A stretch of 58,393 bases of DNA. Source: a virus. Location: IMG/VR virus record IMGVR_UViG_3300012359_000003, positions 1 to 58,393 of that record; one strand, 5' to 3'. This document shows, piece by piece, positions 46,374 to 54,071 of this stretch. A program made the position numbers and the translations under genes. The notes below the pieces were generated by a model. That model worked only from the letters and a program-made list of their open reading frames with translations. It was not told where the DNA came from and made no database searches. Numbering within the stretch: the stretch's first letter is position 1; every line of letters starts with the position of its first letter.

Positions 46374-46879
46374 AGGGCTGGGCCCACATTCATCCCGTGA
46401 ATGGTCCCACGTTTGCCCACAGGCTTCGGCGGCCACGGCCAGAACAGAGTAGGCAATCCCGAGTCCGCAAGCGCGGCCTCCAGGGAGTCTACGACACGAG
46501 TACTCCCGGGTGTCAGGTGCTTGGCAACGATGATGCCACGAGCGGGACGAGAGTACAGGTGCCTCATCACCGGAAGATACAGGCCAAGCAGTTGCCCTTT
46601 GGCCTCCATCACATCGGTGAGCTTACATTCCAGCACCACTACAGTCGTCGGTAACACCCGAATAAAGTCTGGTTGACAGTACCCGACTCCGCCCTCGTCA
46701 CAGAACTTGAACCAGAGCCCATGTTGCCACCCAGGGCCGAGTGCCCGTCCAACTGCCCGCTCATACTGCAGGCCCTTGAGCCGAACCCCTGACGCCCGGG
46801 GAGAGATGCCGAAGGCGCTGGGCCTTTCGGCCTTACTCGCCCACTCAATCTCTCCGGTGATTCGGCGACCTGCCATCAT
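46370..46879 (-). CDS. PD-(D/E)XK-type endonuclease
   Basis: The YCQPDFIRV...VVVLECKLT core. Confidence 0.5.
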   Translation of the reverse strand: MMAGRRITGEIEWASKAERPSAFGISPRASGVRLKGLQYERAVGRALGPGWQHGLWFKFCDEGGVGYCQPDFIRVLPTTVVVLECKLTDVMEAKGQLLGLYLPVMRHLYSRPARGIIVAKHLTPGSTRVVDSLEAALADSGLPTLFWPWPPKPVGKRGTIHGMNVGPAL

Positions 46880-47082
46880 CGTTTGCCCGTCAGGACCTTG
46901 TTCGCCTTGGCGTCGATCTTAGCCTCAGTGCTCTTACCCATTCTCCCCGCGTTGACCGCCTGCGTCGCTCGGGCCTTGGCGTTTGCAGCGTGAGATTTGT
47001 CCGGCACAGGATAACTGCGATCGGGGCCGGCAAACGCGCCTTTCGGCAAGTCCTTGCGACCTTTGGCTGTTAGCTTGGCCAT
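46876..47082 (-). CDS. Small basic hypothetical protein
   Basis: 68-aa Lys/Ala-rich ORF, translationally coupled to its neighbours. Confidence 0.4.
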   Translation of the reverse strand: MAKLTAKGRKDLPKGAFAGPDRSYPVPDKSHAANAKARATQAVNAGRMGKSTEAKIDAKANKVLTGKR

Positions 47083-48062
47083 TAGGATATCTCCTCGGAC
47101 TCGAGATCGATCACATGGGGGCGTTGGTTGGTAGCGCTGCCCCCTTCGGGGGCCTCCGGTGCCGGCGATACGAACTGCACTGTGAGGCTCATTCCCCCGG
47201 GAGTCTTCGGCTGCGTCGCCCCCTTGGTGTACGATCTATCCAGGGCCATCTCGGCGATCTCCTTAACCTCCCGATTCGTCATCTTTCCCGGCCCCTCGTC
47301 AAGCCGCTGCTGAAGTTCCTCCACCGCAGTAATCGCCAGAGTTCCGAGCCTTTGATGCACGTCGAGATAAATCGCTTCCTTCTGAGTGGAGTAATACGCC
47401 ATCAGTTCCTGAAACGCCGGGTCCCCCTTCAGGATGCTAATCCGCGATTGGCTATACCCTGTGATCGCGCTGATCTCAACCTGCTTGGTTCCATCCGCCA
47501 GCAGCCTCGCAATCGTATGGTGCCCGTGCCTCAGTTCCAGCACTGTCGGAGTCTGAGCCCCTGCAGGGGGCGGAGCAAGGATATTCGCCAAGTCCCCGTC
47601 ATCCAGATCCCTGGTCTTCGCGATCGCGAGCGGAACCCCGTGCGTCGGCCGAGCCCTCCTGCTTCCCCGTCCCGATCCGATCACCAGGGTCGTTGCAATT
47701 TCCTCCACCGCCCGATCCAGCTCGTCCACGAGCCCAACTCCTATACAATCTACGAGCTTCGCTCTGATGATGGTGCCCTCACGCGCGCGGGCGCAAGCGC
47801 GGAAGAAGAGGTGGCGGATTGTTGGTGGGGCGAGGATCGAAGGGCTCGTCAAGTTGACGTTCTGTGTGGTCTCGGATTGTGGGTCGGCATAAACTGACAA
47901 TCCAAGAAAAGCGGCAGTGGTCAAGCAGTTGCCCGTCAACCCTCGCGGGCAGGCCCCCCGGGGAGCGCAAAGCGCACTCCAGTGAAACCATCCCGGGAGC
48001 GGCTCAGTGTGCTGCAGCTGCAGATTGCAGCAGAAACGCCACTGGGAATTGCAGCAACGCAT
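47082..48062 (-). CDS. HTH DNA-binding protein, candidate small terminase (5' end uncertain)
   Basis: The HTH is HHTIARLLADGTKQVEISAITGYSQSRISIL. The N-terminal third overlaps repeat-rich, probably non-coding DNA. Confidence 0.35.
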   Translation of the reverse strand: MRCCNSQWRFCCNLQLQHTEPLPGWFHWSALCAPRGACPRGLTGNCLTTAAFLGLSVYADPQSETTQNVNLTSPSILAPPTIRHLFFRACARAREGTIIRAKLVDCIGVGLVDELDRAVEEIATTLVIGSGRGSRRARPTHGVPLAIAKTRDLDDGDLANILAPPPAGAQTPTVLELRHGHHTIARLLADGTKQVEISAITGYSQSRISILKGDPAFQELMAYYSTQKEAIYLDVHQRLGTLAITAVEELQQRLDEGPGKMTNREVKEIAEMALDRSYTKGATQPKTPGGMSLTVQFVSPAPEAPEGGSATNQRPHVIDLESEEIS

Positions 48063-48085
48063 CGCACCTACTGTAGATTGCAGCA
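48024..48085. promoter_or_regulatory. Three direct copies of ATTGCAGCA at the head of the late arm
   Basis: Copies lie at 48024-48032, 48048-48056 and 48077-48085. The outer two share the 13-mer AGATTGCAGCAGA. Confidence 0.5.
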
Positions 48086-48258
48086 GACCTTCAGTCCCAG
48101 CTTACCGTGAACACGAGTCCATTGTGCCAACTCTCCAGTCCCCGGTGGGGTAGTGGCCGGGAAACGGTCTCGCCCCTTTGCGGGCAGCCTAGTCATTGGT
48201 GTCGAGTGGAGACCTTCGGTCCCCGGTTCACACCACCCCGTTGTGACGCTGCGGTCGT

Positions 48259-48290
48259 CAGACCGTGACAGCGTGACGTGACAGCGTGAC
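48259..48290. repeat. Left arm of a perfect 32-bp inverted repeat (CAGACC + 2 x GTGACAGCGTGAC)
   Basis: It is the exact reverse complement of 48472-48503. Confidence 0.9.
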
Positions 48291-48309
48291 TGGCACAACA
48301 AATGCATGA

Positions 48310-48338
48310 TGCAAGAACCGTGCCAACATTGGTATGAT
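48310..48338 (+). promoter_or_regulatory. Sigma70-type extended -10 promoter candidate (rightward, early)
   Basis: TGgTATGAT lies at 48330-48338, inside the AT-rich core between the IR arms. It resembles the element at 51810-51837. Confidence 0.45.
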
Positions 48339-48471
48339 GTCTGTTGTCATACAAATTTTTTTTTTACTATAAACTATAAAAAGACCACCCAGCACCCAAC
48401 ACACCCCACTCGACCCACGATCCCACCCAAAACACCACAACCTACCCGATTCCCCATCAACCCACCCGTGT

Positions 48472-48503
48472 GTCACGCTGTCACGTCACGCTGTCACGGT
48501 CTG
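48472..48503. repeat. Right arm of the perfect 32-bp inverted repeat
   Basis: It is the exact reverse complement of 48259-48290. Confidence 0.9.
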
Positions 48504-48928
48504 CGCGGCCAACGGTAACACCGCCCTTGTGTGAACACCCTTCGGGTGTTCACCCTGCGGGCATGCCTGACCCTCCAGGCATTTCGCACCACGCCCGCAC
48601 GTGAACACGCAAGCGCCATCCACACGCAAGCGCGATCCAGACTGGCCAAAAACTATTTTACCAAGTGGGTGAGAAAAACCTTGAAACCCGACCCACGAAG
48701 GCCCATCTTCCTATTGTGGTCGTCACACACCACACGGCGCCCAACCAAGCGGGCTCCACGCCACGCGGGCTTACATCCTGCACCACAGTACCACTTGTTG
48801 TTTGAACCGCAAAGAACCACCACTCCCCGAACGTCGGAGACGCTCGTAGGTGGATCGATGCGGGAGCCCGAAGGGCTCTTGTTAACCACGAACGCCTAAC
48901 AGCGTTCTAACCGAAAGGACCGAGTATA

Positions 48929-49729
48929 ATGACTACCCTCACGTTCGAGTCGCGGAACCCCAACATTCTCACCCGGACCGTAGACTCGTCCGCCGTCGCC
49001 AATCCCGGCGGGATTGACTATCTCCTCCAGTACGGCTTCGACCAATCCATCCAGGACTCCATCGCGGGCCTGATGGTGAAGTGTAAGCTGGAGCTCCAGC
49101 CCGAAGGGCAAGCCTACGTACTCCAGCATACTACCAAGGGCATGAGCCAGGGCGAACGGAAAGCCCTCCACACAGAGGCTGGGCAGAAGTTCGGATACAA
49201 GTACTTTACTAATGACTCCATGGAACTGGTTCGCGAAGGAGATTTCGCGGACGAAAAGTATTCGGAAGAGGACCTGACCAAGACCCTGCAAGAGCACCTT
49301 TACGACATGGAGAGGATTTTCGCGGTCATCAACGAAGCGACGCTCGACCGGCAGGAACAAATCCTTACCGGAACGGTCGCCATCAGGGCCGCGAGTGCCA
49401 CTCCCAAGCTCGACCCGATTACCCGTCGCATGAAGGAACTGGCCCTCTCCGAGGTCCAGAAACGGATCAAGGCACGGGCCGTGGCGGACCCCACAGCACC
49501 CACGATCCCCGAGTCTGACATCGCTGGTTACGTGGAGTTGTACTTCACGAAGAACTACGAACGTCTTAACGATGAGGCACAGAAGTTCTTCAATCCGGCA
49601 GCGGCCGCGAAGACCATCTCTCTCGCGGACCTGTTCGAGGAGGGCGAGGGCAAGAGTGTTACCGAAACCGAGAGCGAGAGCGAAGCCACTCTCAAAAAGA
49701 AGCGTCCGGCAAAACCCGCCGTCGCCTAA
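48929..49729 (+). CDS. Hypothetical early protein (first gene of the + arm)
   Basis: 266-aa ORF starting at an ATG after GGACCGAG, with an acidic C-terminus containing ISLADLFEEGEG. Confidence 0.55.
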   Translation: MTTLTFESRNPNILTRTVDSSAVANPGGIDYLLQYGFDQSIQDSIAGLMVKCKLELQPEGQAYVLQHTTKGMSQGERKALHTEAGQKFGYKYFTNDSMELVREGDFADEKYSEEDLTKTLQEHLYDMERIFAVINEATLDRQEQILTGTVAIRAASATPKLDPITRRMKELALSEVQKRIKARAVADPTAPTIPESDIAGYVELYFTKNYERLNDEAQKFFNPAAAAKTISLADLFEEGEGKSVTETESESEATLKKKRPAKPAVA

Positions 49730-49732
49730 TGC

Positions 49733-49765
49733 CAGGAGGGCCTCACTCGGCCCTCCTGCTCTTTT
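49733..49765 (+). terminator. Rho-independent terminator
   Basis: CAGGAGGGCC-TCACTC-GGCCCTCCTG followed by CTCTTTTG. Confidence 0.75.
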
Positions 49766-49780
49766 GCCGGAGCCCTCATC

Positions 49781-50059
49781 ATGCCAACCTATCGCGAACG
49801 CTACAAAGCCACCTCAATCAAGCTCGATTGCGCCCCAGGCAACCCACGCCCCGGAGATCTAATAGCCGGAGTACTGGAGGGAACGAGACTAGCGGTTAGT
49901 GATTTCGAGCCCCCAAACAAATCCTTCCACCAATGGACCTACGTTCTCAAGGAGGGCGAAGCCCGGGCAAAGCTCTTCACTGCCCACAAGCTCACAACCT
50001 TCAAGCCCAGGATCGAGGCACTCTACTACGAAGGTGTTATCCAATACGGCTCATGGTAA
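49781..50059 (+). CDS. Hypothetical protein
   Basis: 92-aa ORF bounded by terminators. Confidence 0.5.
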   Translation: MPTYRERYKATSIKLDCAPGNPRPGDLIAGVLEGTRLAVSDFEPPNKSFHQWTYVLKEGEARAKLFTAHKLTTFKPRIEALYYEGVIQYGSW

Positions 50060-50060
50060 A

Positions 50061-50082
50061 AGAACGCCCTTTCGGGCGTTCT
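50061..50082 (+). terminator. Terminator-like hairpin
   Basis: AGAACGCCC-TTTC-GGGCGTTCT. Confidence 0.55.
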
Positions 50083-50091
50083 CCTACTCCA

Positions 50092-50181
50092 GGTGTTACC
50101 CCGGGGCGTTACCTTCATTTATGGTGTTACCTTAGCTCATCGCCCTTCATGGTGTTACCTTCTACTCCAGGAGTACATCCC
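50092..50181 (+). promoter_or_regulatory. Cluster of GGTGTTAC boxes plus a conserved leader/RBS
   Basis: GGTGTTAC occurs at 50092, 50123 and 50151. GGAGTACATCCCATG then ends at the ATG at 50182. Confidence 0.5.
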
Positions 50182-50508
50182 ATGGTAAAAGTGGTGTTAC
50201 CGTCAACTTCCATTCTAATCTTCCGCCTATCCCTCACCTTCGTCGGCATCGCCCAGGTCTTCGACGTCCTATCAACCCGGGCAGCTTTAGCCGCCGGCTC
50301 CGTCGAGATCAACCCGCTTGCAGCGGCCATGCAACACCATCTCGGCGAAGCCTGGGGAGTTCCGAAGCTCATGATGGGGGCAATTGCCATTGCCACAGCA
50401 TGGAGGCTCTCTCCTCAGCATATCACTCCCGCAGTATTCTGGCTCGCCGTCCTATTCGCCAAGCTTTACGCCCTAGTCATCCTGAATAATTATCTCCAGG
50501 TGCTGTGA
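50182..50508 (+). CDS. Small multi-TM membrane protein
   Basis: The ATG at 50182 follows the conserved leader, and the product is a hydrophobic 108-aa protein. Confidence 0.5.
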   Translation: MVKVVLPSTSILIFRLSLTFVGIAQVFDVLSTRAALAAGSVEINPLAAAMQHHLGEAWGVPKLMMGAIAIATAWRLSPQHITPAVFWLAVLFAKLYALVILNNYLQVL

Positions 50509-50515
50509 TCCGAGA

Positions 50516-50539
50516 CCCCGCACGCTCGTGCGGGGTTTT
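50516..50539 (+). terminator. Rho-independent terminator
   Basis: CCCCGCACG-CTC-GTGCGGGG followed by TTTT. Confidence 0.75.
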
Positions 50540-50549
50540 CTCACGACCA

Positions 50550-50599
50550 GGTGTTACCAAGGGTGTTACCGAGGGTGTCACTTGCAACTAAGGTGTTAC
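50550..50599 (+). promoter_or_regulatory. Four tandem GGTGT(T/C)AC boxes
   Basis: Boxes lie at 50550, 50562, 50574 (GGTGTCAC) and 50592. The last two are each followed by TTGCAACTA. Confidence 0.5.
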
Positions 50600-50838
50600 T
50601 TGCAACTATCACCACCCTATCACCACCACCCCTTAACTCACCACACCTTTCTCGCCACACGTTGACCCAGCCATTCCCCACACGCATACCCGCCACACCC
50701 CGGCCCACCGTTCACCCAATTAACGTGTGTCCGGTCCCGAACCCATTGCCCGTTCACAACCCCCGTGCAACAATACCCAAGCGGCCAAGCGGGGGACCTT
50801 CGGTCCCCACTTCACCACTTGCTCGGGAGCCACCATCC

Positions 50839-51261
50839 ATGCCCATTCCCAAAGAGCGCCTATTCGCGCTAATCGACGCCAGCAGGGAGATCCTCGCCAC
50901 CCAGAGGCACCAGGGCGAGGCAATCACCAGTGCCCTGATCCAACGCGCTGCTGGAATGATCTCCGAACCCCAGCTAACCCAGCTCATCTACGAGGCACTG
51001 GAATTTCATCAGCCAAATTCCACCACTACCGCGCTAATCCAGCACGAATACGCCTGGAGGCTCGCTACCGGATCTCGCAATGAGTACCGGAAGATCTGGA
51101 TGCAACAGCAACGCGCAGAGCGCACACCCCACACCATCTCCACCCACGGACTATCCCGGGCACAGGTGCTTGCGGAGTTCCGCCGTGAAAACGGAATCCC
51201 AGACCCCGACACCATCACCCTCGAGTCAATTGGACTCGACGTGTCGGGGGATGAGGCATGA
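50839..51261 (+). CDS. Hypothetical protein
   Basis: The ATG at 50839 follows a roughly 240-nt C/A-rich, G-poor leader. The ORF-track start at 50551 lies in repeat DNA. Confidence 0.5.
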   Translation: MPIPKERLFALIDASREILATQRHQGEAITSALIQRAAGMISEPQLTQLIYEALEFHQPNSTTTALIQHEYAWRLATGSRNEYRKIWMQQQRAERTPHTISTHGLSRAQVLAEFRRENGIPDPDTITLESIGLDVSGDEA

Positions 51262-51716
51262 GCCCGACCACCGCCCCTGCCGCCATTTCCCCCATCCTCA
51301 ACCCAGCAAACTTTCCACCCACCATCGACCGGGGCACATCCATTCCCCCTAACACCACCCTCATCCTCGCCGCCGACCTATCCACCCGAAACCTCACCCC
51401 GCAGGAAAAGCTCGGCCTTAACCTCGGCACTCACATCCTCATCACCCAGGACAGGGTGAACCAGCGTTTCTCCACGTGGGAACAAATCGATCAGGCTCGG
51501 GCAATGGTATCTGCTGCCATCGCGGATGAGCGCCGCAAAGCCACCATCGCCGCAGCCAAAGCCCAACGAGACGCTACCCCCATCACCACCTCCTCCCCAC
51601 CTCTTACCGGTGCAGATCTCGCCGCTCGCATAGAACACGCCCGTGCTTGCGCCCGCGAACGCAAACAACGCCAGCGTGCACGCGAGCGCGAGACAAGCCA
51701 AACCGATCCCAGGTGA
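51258..51716 (+). CDS. Hypothetical protein with a basic C-terminus
   Basis: ATG overlaps the upstream stop. The ORF is 152 aa. Confidence 0.45.
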   Translation: MSPTTAPAAISPILNPANFPPTIDRGTSIPPNTTLILAADLSTRNLTPQEKLGLNLGTHILITQDRVNQRFSTWEQIDQARAMVSAAIADERRKATIAAAKAQRDATPITTSSPPLTGADLAARIEHARACARERKQRQRARERETSQTDPR

Positions 51717-51809
51717 CGCCAACGCGCCCCAGGCGGCGCTTTAGCGCCAACTCAAAAACGTCCCTGCGCAACTCATGATTATACAACCGCGGGTTTAGTA
51801 AGAAACCGG

Positions 51810-51837
51810 TTGCGTTTATGTGCCATTGTGGTATCAT
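51810..51837 (+). promoter_or_regulatory. Sigma70-type promoter candidate
   Basis: TTGCGT, then 16 nt, then TGgTATCAT. Confidence 0.55.
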
Positions 51838-51910
51838 GGGTTGTGTGGATCTTCCGTCCCCACAGTTTCCTGTCCCTTCCAGCCTACTACATTCCGCCGG
51901 AGAGTAACCT

Positions 51911-52393
51911 ATGCCACCAACCTCCGCCACATCCATCGCTCTGATCTTTGATCTCGGTCCCAGGTGTTTCCGCATCTGGTCAGACCCGCTCTTTTCCCAT
52001 ACCCTGGCAGTGCGCAGCACCGAGGCCGGAGCACCTCTTCTCACCATGACGTTACCGGTGCCGTGGATTGACCTGTGCCCAGCGCTGCTTATTCCCCTCG
52101 CCGAACAAACCATCATCTCCGCCGACCGTGAAGCCGAAGCAGGCGCGGAGCGCAAGGCCAACAGCGGTGCCGCAACCATCCACTACCTCCCGCCCCGTCA
52201 AGCCGCAGGCCACAGGGACGATTGTCCAACCTGCCACGGGTTCGCTGCGGCCTACCGTCGCACCAACGGCAAAAGCTGTCCCGACTGCCTCGGAACGGGG
52301 TTTGATCGAGGGGTGCCGAAGGCACCCACAGCAACATCCACCAAGACCAGCGCCAAGCGCAAACCCCTTTCCCTGACCGATATAGGGCTTTAG
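51911..52393 (+). CDS. Protein with a DnaJ-type CxxCxG zinc finger, ending in SLTDIGL
   Basis: CPTCHG...CPDCLGTG, plus the shared C-terminal peptide. Confidence 0.5.
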   Translation: MPPTSATSIALIFDLGPRCFRIWSDPLFSHTLAVRSTEAGAPLLTMTLPVPWIDLCPALLIPLAEQTIISADREAEAGAERKANSGAATIHYLPPRQAAGHRDDCPTCHGFAAAYRRTNGKSCPDCLGTGFDRGVPKAPTATSTKTSAKRKPLSLTDIGL

Positions 52394-52444
52394 CTCGGTG
52401 TTACCCTCAACTCCATGTCGTCACAACCCCCAGGAGCACATCCC

Positions 52445-52681
52445 ATGTTACCTCCAGCCTTACCATTCTGGTTCGCTCTCGGCGTTCTGATCGCGTGCCT
52501 CAACAGCCCGTTCCCATCGATCGCCGTTCGTTGGTACATCGCCGGGCTATCACTCATCGCCCTTCCCCTTCTCGCAACCCTCGCCCACGCCTGGACCACA
52601 ATTCTCCTCGGGAGCCTGCTCGCCCTGATCGCCTCATACGTGGTGGCGGTAATCGTCAACATCATCCGCGCAGTGTTCTAG
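52445..52681 (+). CDS. Small membrane protein
   Basis: The ATG at 52445 follows the conserved GGAGCACATCCCATG leader. The product has 2-3 TM helices. Confidence 0.5.
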   Translation: MLPPALPFWFALGVLIACLNSPFPSIAVRWYIAGLSLIALPLLATLAHAWTTILLGSLLALIASYVVAVIVNIIRAVF

Positions 52682-52836
52682 TCGATGGCGCCCCGCGTTG
52701 CCGCGCTCATTCTGATGCTATTCTCCAGCATCACTGTACTCACCCTCGCTGCGATCGCGGTGTTCGCCTAGCCAGAGGGTGTTACGTCCAACTATTGGTG
52801 TTACCTTAACTCACCGCCAACCTCACGGAGCTTCTC

Positions 52837-53040
52837 ATGATCGTCCATCCCAGCATCACCCCAGAACGTGTCATCGACGCCGCTCGGCGTGGCATCATCA
52901 CTCTCGACAACCCAGGTTTCTGCGTGGCCTGCGGTGCAGCCGTCGAGGGGGTAGAGCCCGACGCCGAGGAATACGAGTGCGACGAATGCGGCGCGCACCA
53001 GGTATACGGCGCAGAACAACTGGTGATCATGATCGCCTAG
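52837..53040 (+). CDS. Zinc-ribbon protein
   Basis: CVACG...CDECG, preceded by GGTGTTACCTTAACTC and GGAG. Confidence 0.5.
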   Translation: MIVHPSITPERVIDAARRGIITLDNPGFCVACGAAVEGVEPDAEEYECDECGAHQVYGAEQLVIMIA

Positions 53041-53135
53041 GAGGCCGCCACACGCGCGGGTACGCGGGTACTATTCTTATGATGTTACGTCCAACCAAGA
53101 ACGCCAAGCGGCGTTCCCTATCCGGAGCACATCCA

Positions 53136-53333
53136 ATGACTAAAGTCCTTCCTCTCTGGACCACATGCCACGAAGCCGTGACAAACGACAAAGCCACAAT
53201 ACTCGAACTGTTCATCTACCATCAGGAGCCCAATGAGCCAGACGGCCGGGAATTTCGCCAACAACTTCTTGCCGAGCTCAACTCCATCGACTACGACAAC
53301 AGCTGGACCGATCCGTCAACCTCCACCAACTAG
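53136..53333 (+). CDS. Hypothetical small protein
   Basis: The ATG at 53136 follows the GGAGCACATCCAATG leader. Confidence 0.45.
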   Translation: MTKVLPLWTTCHEAVTNDKATILELFIYHQEPNEPDGREFRQQLLAELNSIDYDNSWTDPSTSTN

Positions 53334-53344
53334 AGAGCCCTGCT

Positions 53345-53533
53345 ATGCAAAACATCACCACATCCACTTTATCCAAGCATGGTACTCACGGTTGGATATG
53401 CTACATCAAAATCAATGACGAGCAATCCATCATTGTTACTCATCCCGACAAAAATACCACAGCCCAGCGTGCATCCACCATTGCGGGAATGCTCCGCGAT
53501 GTGCTAGCCACCAACGACCATCTCGAGTTCTGA
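53345..53533 (+). CDS. Hypothetical small protein
   Basis: 62-aa ORF. Confidence 0.4.
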   Translation: MQNITTSTLSKHGTHGWICYIKINDEQSIIVTHPDKNTTAQRASTIAGMLRDVLATNDHLEF

Positions 53534-53593
53534 GGCCCAAGCAGCGCCCCAGGTGTTACTTTAACTCTTCACACTAACTCGGAGCACCTCACT

Positions 53594-53935
53594 GTGTATA
53601 TCCACGTAGGAAACGAATACGACGGCCGTTGGGTCAAAGCATTCAACACCGAGTCCGAGGCAAGAGGCTCCGTCAGCGCTTACGCTCTCATCGACGAACC
53701 AGACCGTCTCCCCCGTCGAGCGCGATCCTACCCATCTGATATCGGCGGCACCCACAGCTACCACCGCCTCCCACCACTCACGCACCTCACACTTGTGGCC
53801 GCACAGTTCGAGACCTTTCTCGACGCAATCGACGCACGAGAGTGCGGAACCATGACCTCCGCCCAGGTAGAGCTACTCGCCCGCCTGGAGCCCACCTACG
53901 CTGAAGAGCTAACCGGCAGTCCCAACGTTACATAA
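53594..53935 (+). CDS. Hypothetical protein (GTG start)
   Basis: Preceded by GGTGTTACTTTAACTC and GGAGCACCTCACTGTG. Confidence 0.45.
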   Translation: MYIHVGNEYDGRWVKAFNTESEARGSVSAYALIDEPDRLPRRARSYPSDIGGTHSYHRLPPLTHLTLVAAQFETFLDAIDARECGTMTSAQVELLARLEPTYAEELTGSPNVT

Positions 53936-54071
53936 CTTCCACGCGGAGCCCAAGTTAAATGCCCAATAGTACATTATATAATTCCGTTCTCGTCCACGCA
54001 ACTGAGCGTGCTATCGCAAAGCTCTTTCGAGACCTCAAACCACCAACAGCTCAACCGGCGGAGTCACTCTC

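Noticed and set aside
48139-48240. Possible tRNA or tmRNA-like gene (GGGGTAGTGG, GGTTCACACC, trailing ACCACCCC)
   Set aside because: I could not build a cloverleaf. There is no 7-nt anticodon loop on a 5-bp stem, the T stem does not pair, and the acceptor pairing has a mismatch. It is left as unexplained structured DNA.
48531-48899. 122-aa GTG-start ORF in the early leader
   Set aside because: It has no RBS and an extreme Arg/Thr/Pro/His composition. It overlaps hairpins and direct repeats. It is treated as non-coding leader, although this is not proven.
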